Positions 1-8,259 of a stretch of DNA of 25,742 nt are shown here, piece by piece. This DNA comes from Nitrospinota bacterium (lineage in GTDB: Bacteria > Nitrospinota > Nitrospinia > Nitrospinales > VA-1): contig JAYNIA010000037.1 in assembly GCA_038108555.1 (NCBI GenBank), forward strand, positions 1 to 25,742, written 5' to 3'. The notes beneath the pieces are model-generated. The model had not been told where the DNA came from, searched no databases, and saw nothing but the letters and a program-made list of their open reading frames with translations. The translations under genes were made by a program, and so were the position numbers. Position 1 is the stretch's first letter. Each line of letters begins with the position of its first letter.

Positions 1-242
1 AATGCCACCTTTTAGATCTCAAGTTATAAAAATTTAAAATACAAATAAATCGCCCTCTTCTTCCGGTTCTAATTAAGTACCTTTCACTTCCCTTCCCGAT
101 TAAAATCTACTAGCCCAACAATAAAATATCGTATAATCCGAGCTTTTTCTTACAACCCAAAACGACAACTCACGTCTAATAGTAGACGGATTGACAGTAG
201 TACATTCAAACGAATTAACCACCGCAAAGAAATGGAGTAACA

Positions 243-1193
243 ATGCGTTCGATAAAAGTTGAAGGACTGGACATCCCCTGGACAGCAATCACCCTGGGCG
301 GAATGCAGATCGCCCCAGGTAAAGAGTGGGGAGACAGGTGTTCTGAAGAAGAAGCCGAGAGGATAGTCAAGACCGCCCTGGATTGCGGCATCATGGCTTT
401 TGACACTGCCGAGGCCTATGGAGATGGAGAATCGGAACGCCGTCTCGGGAAGGCCCTGGGCTCTCGAATAAACGATGTCCTCATCTTTTCAAAAATCACC
501 CCCGATGTGGAAATGTCTACCGAGGGTTATATGGGGCGTCTCGAGGGAACATTGAAAAACCTTGGAAGGGATTATGTCGATGGCTATCTGGTCCATTGGC
601 CAGGCTATTACGTGGATTCCTTTCAAGACATGCAGAGGTTGTGTGAGGTCATGGCTTCCCTTAAAGATAGTGGCAAAACGCGTACAATAGGAATCACAAG
701 TTTTCTAGCGAAAGACATCATCCTAATGTCTCAAGCCGCTTCACAGTTCACAGTCAATCAGGTTCCCTATAGTCTGCTTCACCGCCAGTATGAAGGAGAA
801 AATTTAAGGGAATGTGAAAAAGCCGGTATCGGATTCATGGCCTGTTCACCCACTGCCCGGGGTCTTTTGGCTGGCAAACTAGGAGAAGAAGTCATTAATG
901 TTCCCGCACGCACGGAGTATCAACTTTATTCACCATCTGCCATTAACGATTCACGCGGCACGCGAGACACGGTCCAGGAAATTGCACAGGAAATCAATAC
1001 GGCACCCATCAATGTGGCACTTGCCTGGGTGATCCAGCGAAAGAACATCACCACGACTGTGGTAGGGGCCAGCAAAGCAGATCAGGTAAAGGAATTTTCT
1101 GCAGCCACAGAAATTACGCTCACTTCCGATCAGTTGGACCGACTCAACGAAGAGAGCGCTCTATTTCATGGCTGGAGTGGTACGAGCTTATAA
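243..1193 (+). CDS. Aldo/keto reductase family oxidoreductase
   Basis: 316 aa. AKR catalytic tetrad context: FDTAEAYG (Asp, Tyr), FSK (Lys), LVHWP (His). Also NQVPYSLL, SPTARGLL, VALAWV. GGAG RBS at 234-237. Confidence 0.92.
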   Translation: MRSIKVEGLDIPWTAITLGGMQIAPGKEWGDRCSEEEAERIVKTALDCGIMAFDTAEAYGDGESERRLGKALGSRINDVLIFSKITPDVEMSTEGYMGRLEGTLKNLGRDYVDGYLVHWPGYYVDSFQDMQRLCEVMASLKDSGKTRTIGITSFLAKDIILMSQAASQFTVNQVPYSLLHRQYEGENLRECEKAGIGFMACSPTARGLLAGKLGEEVINVPARTEYQLYSPSAINDSRGTRDTVQEIAQEINTAPINVALAWVIQRKNITTTVVGASKADQVKEFSAATEITLTSDQLDRLNEESALFHGWSGTSL

Positions 1194-1213
1194 GGCTGAT
1201 GAAGAGTTTAACT

Positions 1214-3241
1214 TTAAATTACTTCATCGATTTTTTCCAGGAAGCGGTCGATATCTAGTGGTTTGGTAATATAACCGGCAAAGCCGATTTTCAAGGCACG
1301 GTTAATATCCATCGCCATGGCATCTGCAGACAGGGCCACCACAGGAATATTGGCAACGGCCTCAATATCTTTCATGGCCTTAAAAGCTGAGATTCCGTCC
1401 AGATCCGGCAAATGAATATCCATCAAAATCAAATCAGGCTGCTGGGCTTTTGCCTTTTCAATTCCATCCCTTGCATTTGAGGCCCATAACAAATCTAAAT
1501 TTTTTCGACTTGATAATATCTGTTTCACCAGCTCAAAATTAGCGGGTATATCTTCAACATATAAAATCTTGTGATTGCTTGAATCGGTAGCTGTAAGCTT
1601 CCCCTCCGGCAAATTAATATCAGACATATTTGAAACGGGGTTTTCAAAGCTTATTGGGAGTACCACATAAAAATGGCTTCCTCCATCAGTCAGGTTTTCA
1701 TAACCAATGGTTCCTCCCATCAAGCTAACAAGCTGCTTTGAAATAGTCAGACCAATTCCAGATCCTTCAATTTTTGAACCCTCCATCCCCAGGCGCTCAA
1801 AAGGTTCAAAAATTTTATCTCTCTTTTCTTCAGGAATCCCTATTCCCGTGTCTTTGATCCCGATTTTTATTTTGCTATTGGCAACATTATCCAAGGAAAC
1901 GATAACAGACCCTTCTTTTTTATTGTACTTTACGGCGTTTGAGATCAGGTTGAAGATCACCTGTTTGAATCGGATACTGTCAATTTGAGCATAGTAACTT
2001 TCACGCGGCCGCTCTTTATATTCCAGAGAAATATTTTCACGATGTGCCAGCGGTTTTAAAACCGAAATTACATTATCAACTATGGGAACAATATCCTGCG
2101 TTTCCATGGAGAGGGAAAGTTTTCCCGACTCAATGATTGAGAGATCAAGAATTTCATCGATCAAACTCAGCAAATGGTCGCCAGCGGATAAAATCATGTC
2201 CAGATTATCTTTTTCCAGAGGATCGGAAGTTTTTGCTGTTTTCATTTTCATCAACTGGGAGAATCCTAAAATTGCATTCAGAGGCGTGCGTAATTCATGA
2301 CTCATTTTTGCCAGGAATTTTGATTTTGCCTGATTCGCCTCTTCTGCTTTATTTTTCTCCAACAAAATTTCCTTCTCATATTCTGAACGTTCTATAAACC
2401 TGGAAATTTTCAGGGTAGCTTCATCGACAATTTCCATGATCTGGCTATTCGGAATCCCATGACTTTCAGAAAAAAACTCCAAAACCGCACGAAACTCTCC
2501 TTTTATTTTTAATGGCACAGCAAAAGCACTCACAAGGGAAGTATCATTTAAGGATTTAAGCCGAGGGAAATTGGTATCCAATTTTAAATTAGGAATAAAA
2601 ACAGGTTTACCTTCTTTCAACACCCTCCCAGGCAATCCCACGCCCTCATCAAAGGAGGTGGATTCTGTTATTTCAATAAAATCTTTGATTTTTTCATGAT
2701 CCTTTGTGGACCAGATTCCGGTAGGTAATAATCGTTCCTTATCATTTAAAAATAAATATAGGTGCCCCAACGACCATTGGGTTAAGCTGCAAATATTATC
2801 GAGGCAGACTTTAATGGTTTTATCAAATATTTCCTGATAATTCGTATCTGGGTTTTTCTCTGACAGGATTTCGGCGAGCTGTAAATCAATATTGATTCGT
2901 TCATCAAAATTAGCTTTTAAATTTTCAAATTCCTCCTTTTTCTTGATAACGATATAGCCAAGATAGGAAACGACCGTAATCGACATTACTGCATAAAAAC
3001 GATTTAAATAGACCTTGTAAGCTTCTCCACCGGCGGGGGACAGATAAAAACCCAACAGAGTCAGAAAAATAAATGTGCCACCTGCATAAATAAAATATCT
3101 CTTGTCCTCATAAAACAATCCCAATGCAACAACAATAATATAAGGGACACCGCCGGCGACGCCCAATTCCGTATTCAGATCCACAAGAAAAACCAGACCT
3201 GCAAGGGCTACTGATAAAATAATCAAAGAAAGTTTATTCAT
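1214..3241 (-). CDS. Membrane-bound hybrid sensor histidine kinase (TM segments - GAF - HisKA - HATPase - REC)
   Basis: About 4 hydrophobic N-terminal segments; GAF (GVGLPGRV...FAVPL); H-box MSHELRTPLNAILGFSQ; N-box NLISNAVKY; G1 DTGIGI; G2 GSGIGL; receiver VED...LILMDIHLP...KP. Confidence 0.93.
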   Translation of the reverse strand: MNKLSLIILSVALAGLVFLVDLNTELGVAGGVPYIIVVALGLFYEDKRYFIYAGGTFIFLTLLGFYLSPAGGEAYKVYLNRFYAVMSITVVSYLGYIVIKKKEEFENLKANFDERINIDLQLAEILSEKNPDTNYQEIFDKTIKVCLDNICSLTQWSLGHLYLFLNDKERLLPTGIWSTKDHEKIKDFIEITESTSFDEGVGLPGRVLKEGKPVFIPNLKLDTNFPRLKSLNDTSLVSAFAVPLKIKGEFRAVLEFFSESHGIPNSQIMEIVDEATLKISRFIERSEYEKEILLEKNKAEEANQAKSKFLAKMSHELRTPLNAILGFSQLMKMKTAKTSDPLEKDNLDMILSAGDHLLSLIDEILDLSIIESGKLSLSMETQDIVPIVDNVISVLKPLAHRENISLEYKERPRESYYAQIDSIRFKQVIFNLISNAVKYNKKEGSVIVSLDNVANSKIKIGIKDTGIGIPEEKRDKIFEPFERLGMEGSKIEGSGIGLTISKQLVSLMGGTIGYENLTDGGSHFYVVLPISFENPVSNMSDINLPEGKLTATDSSNHKILYVEDIPANFELVKQILSSRKNLDLLWASNARDGIEKAKAQQPDLILMDIHLPDLDGISAFKAMKDIEAVANIPVVALSADAMAMDINRALKIGFAGYITKPLDIDRFLEKIDEVI

Positions 3242-3457
3242 TCCAATGACTGCTTAAGCTTTTCAGGAAAATATTTAAATTTATCTAGGTTCATAATTCC
3301 CGAAAAAACAAGATTCCGCAACCCGTTAAGGCAACATTTGACAATTTCGTTACAAGAATTGATGAAATTACCTTAAATAATTCAATACACTAGCAAATAT
3401 ATTCGAGAATAGAAACCCGCGTGAATTTTGATTTTAATATAGAATATCGAGAGCATT

Positions 3458-3473
3458 AGCCTTTAACATGCCA
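3458..3473 (-). promoter_or_regulatory. Possible sigma-54 (-24/-12) promoter upstream of the hybrid kinase
   Basis: Minus strand TGGCATGTTAAAGGCT has GG and GC at the canonical spacing of TGGCACG-N4-TTGCW, but AG replaces TT before the GC. Confidence 0.3.
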
Positions 3474-3537
3474 AAGTTTTATTACGAATTTAATGAGAAA
3501 TTTTAGTTTGCCAAAAGCCTTTACCATACTTTAAGGC

Positions 3538-3570
3538 AAAAAAAAGCCCCCTCCAAAGATGGAGAGGGCT
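3538..3570 (-). terminator. Rho-independent terminator of the collagen-like gene
   Basis: Minus strand AGCCCTCTCCA-TCTT-TGGAGGGGGCT (11 bp, one G-U) followed by a T-run, 17 nt after the stop at 3588. Confidence 0.85.
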
Positions 3571-3587
3571 GTAAAGATTTTAAACGA

Positions 3588-4664
3588 TTATTCACCCACC
3601 GGAAGTTCCGTACCATCCAGACTGTAGGCAATTGTCACCTGTCGAATTTGAATATCCGAAGAGTTAATCTCATCTCTCATATCCACTCGGTAAGTATAAA
3701 AATTATTATCAATAGTTTGTGCGGTTGGATTAATAAATGTAGTTGTTAAGGTTTCAATCCCATTCAATTGTGCAGTTGTTGCAGTGGCAGCAATCAAAGT
3801 TTCTGATCCACTTTCACCATAATCAGCTGGATCAAAAGCCTGTGGGTCGACACGCGCAAAACTTATCGTTATAGGATCGAAAGCATAGTTTACCACAACA
3901 ATTTTCATGGAAAGTATTTTCGCTCCATGAGGTAAGTGGACGGGAGCAACAATCTTTTCATTATATGTAAATCCAAACAGTCCGACTTCTAGTGTATCTA
4001 TCTCATCCAACTGTGTAAAATCCCAGGGACTTACAGTGTAATATTGTATTCCACTAGTTCCCGGGCCTGCAGGACCTTCGGGACCGACGGGACCGACAGG
4101 ACCTTGTGCACCGACTACGCCATCATTACCCGCAGGACCTTGAGGACCAGCGGGACCTTGTGGACCGGCGGGTCCAACGGGACCAACAGGGCCTTGTGCA
4201 CCGACTGCGCCATCATTACCTGCGGGACCTTGCGGACCGGCAGGACCTTCGGGGCCAACAGGACCTTGCGCACCAACTGCACCATCATTACCTGCAGGAC
4301 CTTGAGGACCAGCAGGACCTTCTGGGCCAGTTTCACCTTGAGGTCCTTGAATCCCTCCTTCCAACCCATCTACTTGAACCTGGAGCGCATTAAGTTGGGC
4401 TTTCAGTTTTTTTATTTGATTTTTGAGACCCCTTCCATCGCGGTCATCGTCTTTATCCTTGTCTTTATCCCGATCACGTTTTATCTTTTTCTTAGAGATT
4501 TTTTTCTTTTTGAGTTTTTTCTTTAATTTAATTTTTGCTGCGGGTTTGTCTGCAGCATGAGCAATAGAAAGCCAGGACGACTCTAATAAAGGAAGATTAC
4601 CAACTAAACTAAAAATGAAAAACAAACCCGTTATTAATGGAACCGCCAATTGGTAGCGTCGCAT
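3588..4664 (-). CDS. Secreted collagen-like (Gly-X-Y) protein with Lys-rich segment, coiled coil and C-terminal globular domain
   Basis: Signal-peptide-like N-terminus ending [27 protein letters not shown] repeats; heptad [22 protein letters not shown]; 33 contiguous Gly-X-Y triplets; GGGGAG RBS upstream. Confidence 0.85.
   Translation of the reverse strand: MRRYQLAVPLITGLFFIFSLVGNLPLLESSWLSIAHAADKPAAKIKLKKKLKKKKISKKKIKRDRDKDKDKDDDRDGRGLKNQIKKLKAQLNALQVQVDGLEGGIQGPQGETGPEGPAGPQGPAGNDGAVGAQGPVGPEGPAGPQGPAGNDGAVGAQGPVGPVGPAGPQGPAGPQGPAGNDGVVGAQGPVGPVGPEGPAGPGTSGIQYYTVSPWDFTQLDEIDTLEVGLFGFTYNEKIVAPVHLPHGAKILSMKIVVVNYAFDPITISFARVDPQAFDPADYGESGSETLIAATATTAQLNGIETLTTTFINPTAQTIDNNFYTYRVDMRDEINSSDIQIRQVTIAYSLDGTELPVGE
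4059..4355 (-). repeat. Collagen-coding tandem repeat (9-bp triplet period with about 72-bp higher-order unit)
   Basis: [24 protein letters not shown] occurs twice, followed by an expanded third copy; at DNA level ccatcattacc and ggacc recur. Confidence 0.9.
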
Positions 4665-5120
4665 TCTTTTTCTCCCCTAAAAAAGGTCAAATTGTCTACA
4701 ATAATCAGGACAAACAACCCAACTAAAATTTCCGAGATCTGAAACATACCAAGCCACTTGAAATAGCGCAAATTAATTCTTTGTTTTATAATGGGTTATA
4801 GATTATTCACCCGCAATAACTTTCGGTTTATCAAAACATTTCCGAATTGTCACAGTTTTTCAAACTGCGGGGAGTAATTTCCAAATTTAATTTTTTAAGG
4901 GTATTTAATGATTGGAAAATCATGAAATTTTTTATGGCAGACACCCACTCCTCATAAACCAGGAAAGAATAAAAGTTCAAAAAATGTTTTACATCTGGAA
5001 TAAATAACAAAGTTAAAACATAAAGAATTCTTCAAACCAGTTGCTTTTTATCCGGGCTCATGATGGGAATGTTTAGATCTACAGAGTATAATCATGCAAT
5101 TAAACACTTAGAACCTGAGC

Positions 5121-6050
5121 ATGAATAAAATAAATAAACGCATCAACAAACTTAAAAAAATAGAGCTATTAATAAACAGGTTGGCCTATCGCCTCTTTCA
5201 TAAAACGCATCCGATTTTCCGAAAGAGGGAATATTTTTTAAACTTGTTTAAGGAAAAAGCTTATTCCTACAACATCGATGCCCTCAATTTTGATGAAGGT
5301 GTGGTGATGGGTTCATTCCAGGGAACGGATTACTTGATGAATTGCCGGCCGGGTAACCTGATTGAATCCACAATTTATCTGGAAAAGGTTTGGGAGGAAC
5401 ATCTGGCAAAGCTCATGAATTTATATCTGGAAGGTTCTTCGGGTATCATGATAGATGTCGGGGCAAATATTGGTGCCAACACCATTCCACTAGCAGTAAA
5501 GCATAGAAAAATCCAATTTCATTGTTACGAGCCACATCCTGAAATATTTAACCGCCTGAAGAACAATTTAAGTTTAAATAAACTAAAAAATGTAGAACCC
5601 ATAAATTCTGCTGTTTCAAATGCAACAGAATCCACACTCAGTTTTTACGCACAAAAAACGACCGATAATATGGGCCGGTCGAGTTTAAAGCTAAATTCAG
5701 ACATTAAAGAACACGAGGAAATAAAAGTTCCCATAACCAGCATCGATGCCAACTTTGCAAATAAAAACGATCCGGTCCTTATCATTAAGGTAGACACACA
5801 GGGGACGGAGATGGAAGTTCTTTTATCAGCAGAAAAAACTATAGAAAAATTTCGTCCTGTGGTTTTATTCGAATTGGAGGATCGTTACTTCTCTGACAAT
5901 GAGAGAGCTTCATCCAAAAAAACACTTAAGGAGTTTTTTGATGGTTTGGATTATTCTTTACTGAATGTAACCAAAGGATTGGATTTCTACCCACAAGTGG
6001 ATATCACCCAAAACTACCATGGCGATATACTCGCACTTCCCAACGGGTAG
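5121..6050 (+). CDS. FkbM family (Methyltransf_21) SAM-dependent methyltransferase
   Basis: IDVGANIG SAM-binding motif, YEPHP, IKVDTQGTEMEVL, RPVVLFE. TATAAT at 5087-5092 upstream. Confidence 0.9.
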   Translation: MNKINKRINKLKKIELLINRLAYRLFHKTHPIFRKREYFLNLFKEKAYSYNIDALNFDEGVVMGSFQGTDYLMNCRPGNLIESTIYLEKVWEEHLAKLMNLYLEGSSGIMIDVGANIGANTIPLAVKHRKIQFHCYEPHPEIFNRLKNNLSLNKLKNVEPINSAVSNATESTLSFYAQKTTDNMGRSSLKLNSDIKEHEEIKVPITSIDANFANKNDPVLIIKVDTQGTEMEVLLSAEKTIEKFRPVVLFELEDRYFSDNERASSKKTLKEFFDGLDYSLLNVTKGLDFYPQVDITQNYHGDILALPNG

Positions 6051-6064
6051 TGGCACCACGCCAC

Positions 6065-6099
6065 AAAAAAACGGGAGCGGCCTGACCTCCGCTCCCGTT
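6065..6099 (-). terminator. Rho-independent terminator (for the candidate sRNA and/or the mrp-DUF971 transcript)
   Basis: AACGGGAGCGG-AGGTCAGG-CCGCTCCCGTT perfect 11-bp stem running into a 7-T tract on the minus strand. Confidence 0.88.
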
Positions 6100-6217
6100 C
6101 GGGTTGAAGCGCTAACTGTATGGTTTGGCTAGCACTCGTATTTTAAATTTTGAGGAGAAAACCCTTCTACCATTTAAGAAAAGGGAGGGGGAGGTAATGG
6201 TAGAAGGACTTCCATCC
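6065..6217 (-). ncRNA. Candidate ~153-nt three-hairpin small RNA
   Basis: Hairpin 6154-6217 (~21 bp, C-rich loop), hairpin 6108-6136 (9 bp), terminator hairpin 6070-6099 with T-run. G-U pairs form only on the minus strand. Extended -10 at 6224-6232. Confidence 0.6.
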
Positions 6218-6298
6218 AGTTTCAGTATGCCACCTCAATATGGCAAATCCGTTTCATTTTTGTCTCAAAATTGTCACAAAATCAGAGACTTAACCTCT

Positions 6299-6637
6299 TC
6301 ATTGAGCATTTGCAGCTTTTTTTTCCGGTTCGCATTCTTCCGATTGACAAAGTTGCCTGAGCAACTCGTGTGTGTAAAGGCCAGTATCGTGGCCGTCATT
6401 CCAGAAAAATTGAATTGCATAAAGTCCCACGGCCTTTATGTTTAGGGGCCGAATGGTGTCTGGGATGGATCCTGGTTGAATCAACTTTTTCCCAGTCCAT
6501 TCATCGATGCAATGGGCACAAGGACAATTTTCACGCAACCACTTTACCGGGTACACGCATTCGCGGCCATCGTTCCAGGTAATCCCAAGAGTTGTTTCAT
6601 CTATCTGCTTAATATTTTTGGGAGCAGGAGTTGTCAT
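6299..6637 (-). CDS. DUF971 (gamma-butyrobetaine hydroxylase N-terminal-like) small metal-binding protein
   Basis: ITWNDG...LRENCPCAHC...VGLYAIQFFWNDGHDTGLY signature. ATG at 6637 preferred over the GTG at 6649. Confidence 0.88.
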   Translation of the reverse strand: MTTPAPKNIKQIDETTLGITWNDGRECVYPVKWLRENCPCAHCIDEWTGKKLIQPGSIPDTIRPLNIKAVGLYAIQFFWNDGHDTGLYTHELLRQLCQSEECEPEKKAANAQ

Positions 6638-6703
6638 AATTAATTCCACTTTCTAGAATAAACATTAAGTTGAATTCCGCTAACCATCAACAAGGCCCGC
6701 GAA

Positions 6704-7798
6704 CTAACTCTTCCAAGCCAGTTCAAACCCTGCATCTATTTTATCGTCTTTTGTTTGGTTTATACTCAATTGAGCTGCAACCTGCCCCGCCAACTCTTTA
6801 TATGCCTTGCTTGCAGGTGATTCAGCATCGCCCATGACTATTGGGACTCCTGAGTCCCCACCTTCAACTACTCCCGGAACAATGGGAACCTTACCTAAAA
6901 GAGGAATTTTAAAATCATCGGCAAGACTTTGCCCACCTCCCTCTTTAAAAATAGTGTGCTTTTTATCGCAACCATCACAAACGAAGTAACTCATATTTTC
7001 AACGATACCGAGCAAGGGAACTTTTACCTGCTGGAACATTTTGACCCCTTTATCAGCATCGATTAGGCTGACCTCCTGGGGAGTCGTCACGACAACGGCT
7101 CCGGAAATAGGAGCCTTTTGTGTCAATGTCAACTGGACGTCACCCGTTCCCGGAGGCAGATCTATGACCAGATAATCCAATTCCCCCCATTCCACGTTTT
7201 GCAAAAACTGCTGAATAATGCCACCCAGCATGGGCCCGCGAAGCATTAAAGGCTGCCCCTGTTTCGTCAGAAAAGCAGCAGACACAACTTTTAATCCATA
7301 TTTTTCATGCGGGTAGAATTTGTTCTCCTCGGCAACCTTTGGAGAGGTTATCGGAATCCCCATCATTTGCGGGATACTGGGACCATAGATATCAGCATCC
7401 ATCAGCCCTACTTTTGCTCCTGTCAGAGAAAGGGCAATCGCAAGATTGGTACTTACCGTAGACTTCCCTACCCCACCTTTTCCACTGGCAACGGCAATTA
7501 TATTTTTTACCCCTGTCAAAATAGGTTGACTGTGTTGGGTCGGTCGCACCACGGCAGTCATATTGACTTCGACACTTTCGACCCCTTCAATGGCTCCGAC
7601 TTTGGTTTCACATTCTGACTTTAATTGCTCCTTTACAGGACAGGCGGGTGTGGTCAACTCAACATCAAATTTAACCTTTCCCCCATCCAACTCCATATTT
7701 TTAACAAACCCGAGACTGACAATATTTTTATGCAAGTCCGGGTCTTGAACCGTTTTAAGTGCTTCGATAACTTTTTCCTGCAATTGTGGGTCAGACAT
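6704..7798 (-). CDS. apbC: Mrp/ApbC (NBP35-like) Fe-S cluster carrier ATPase with N-terminal DUF59 domain
   Basis: DUF59 (VQDPDLHKNIVSLG...LTTPACP); deviant Walker A SGKGGVGKST; DADIYGPS; DLPPGTGD; ENMS..CDGC. AGGAG RBS supports a start at 7798 rather than 7852. Confidence 0.93.
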   Translation of the reverse strand: MSDPQLQEKVIEALKTVQDPDLHKNIVSLGFVKNMELDGGKVKFDVELTTPACPVKEQLKSECETKVGAIEGVESVEVNMTAVVRPTQHSQPILTGVKNIIAVASGKGGVGKSTVSTNLAIALSLTGAKVGLMDADIYGPSIPQMMGIPITSPKVAEENKFYPHEKYGLKVVSAAFLTKQGQPLMLRGPMLGGIIQQFLQNVEWGELDYLVIDLPPGTGDVQLTLTQKAPISGAVVVTTPQEVSLIDADKGVKMFQQVKVPLLGIVENMSYFVCDGCDKKHTIFKEGGGQSLADDFKIPLLGKVPIVPGVVEGGDSGVPIVMGDAESPASKAYKELAGQVAAQLSINQTKDDKIDAGFELAWKS

Positions 7799-8009
7799 AA
7801 TTGCTCCTAAAGGTAAATACACCGGAAAAAACCTGTTTCCGGAAAGATTCAAAAATGTATAGATAAAATGCCAAATTTTTATGAAAAACAGAGTCTTTAA
7901 ATGGGTCCCTTAGGATGGATCTGCAGCCAAAAGGATTTCAAAGCTCGATGGGTAGATATTCCATAAAATTCGCAAAAACACTTTAGTTATTGATTTTACT
8001 TGCTTTGCG

Positions 8010-8056
8010 ATACTTCATATTGTATATATTTTATTTGGGTATACAATATCTTGTAA
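8010..8056. promoter_or_regulatory. Tandem NrdR-box-like operators overlapping a candidate sigma-70 promoter for the topoisomerase operon
   Basis: ATACTTCATATTGTAT (8010-8025) and ATACAATATCTTGTAA (8041-8056), 31 bp apart, against consensus acaCwAtATaTwGtg. TTGCTT(8000-8005)-N17-TATATA(8023-8028) on the + strand. Confidence 0.6.
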
Positions 8057-8259
8057 CCCAATAATTGATTAGAAACTTAAATTTAGTAATTTATTTAGTT
8101 AACTCTTTGATTTCTTACGTTTTATTTTGCTTTCCATAAAAAACCAAAAGTTCAATTCCATATCCTTAGCAGACTAATAAGACCGCTACCCTGAAACGTC
8201 AAGTTGGGAAATCACCTTTTCGTAAATCAACACAAGTTATCAGTAAAATTTAAAGAAAT

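Noticed and set aside
4059..4355. Repeat array considered as a CRISPR or non-coding repeat
   Set aside because: No unique spacers and no cas genes; variation falls largely at third codon positions of Gly-X-Y codons.
4044..4526. Alternative ORFs 4044-4526 (+), 4106-4393 (+) and 4115-4369 (-)
   Set aside because: Shadow frames of the stop-poor collagen repeat; the Gly-X-Y frame has the RBS, signal peptide and terminator.
6217..6256. TGGCA half-sites as sigma-54 promoters near the candidate sRNA
   Set aside because: Neither TGGCATACTGAAACT (-) nor TGGCAAATCCGTTTC (+) has GC at the -12 position.
6125..6445. 106-aa + strand ORF
   Set aside because: TTG start, no recognisable motif, antisense to DUF971, and crossing hairpins better explained as minus-strand RNA.
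7799..7852. 18-aa N-terminal extension of Mrp in the ORF track
   Set aside because: An AGGAG RBS lies just before the ATG at 7798; the extension overlaps a CCGGAAA/TTTCCGG hairpin more likely to be 5' UTR.
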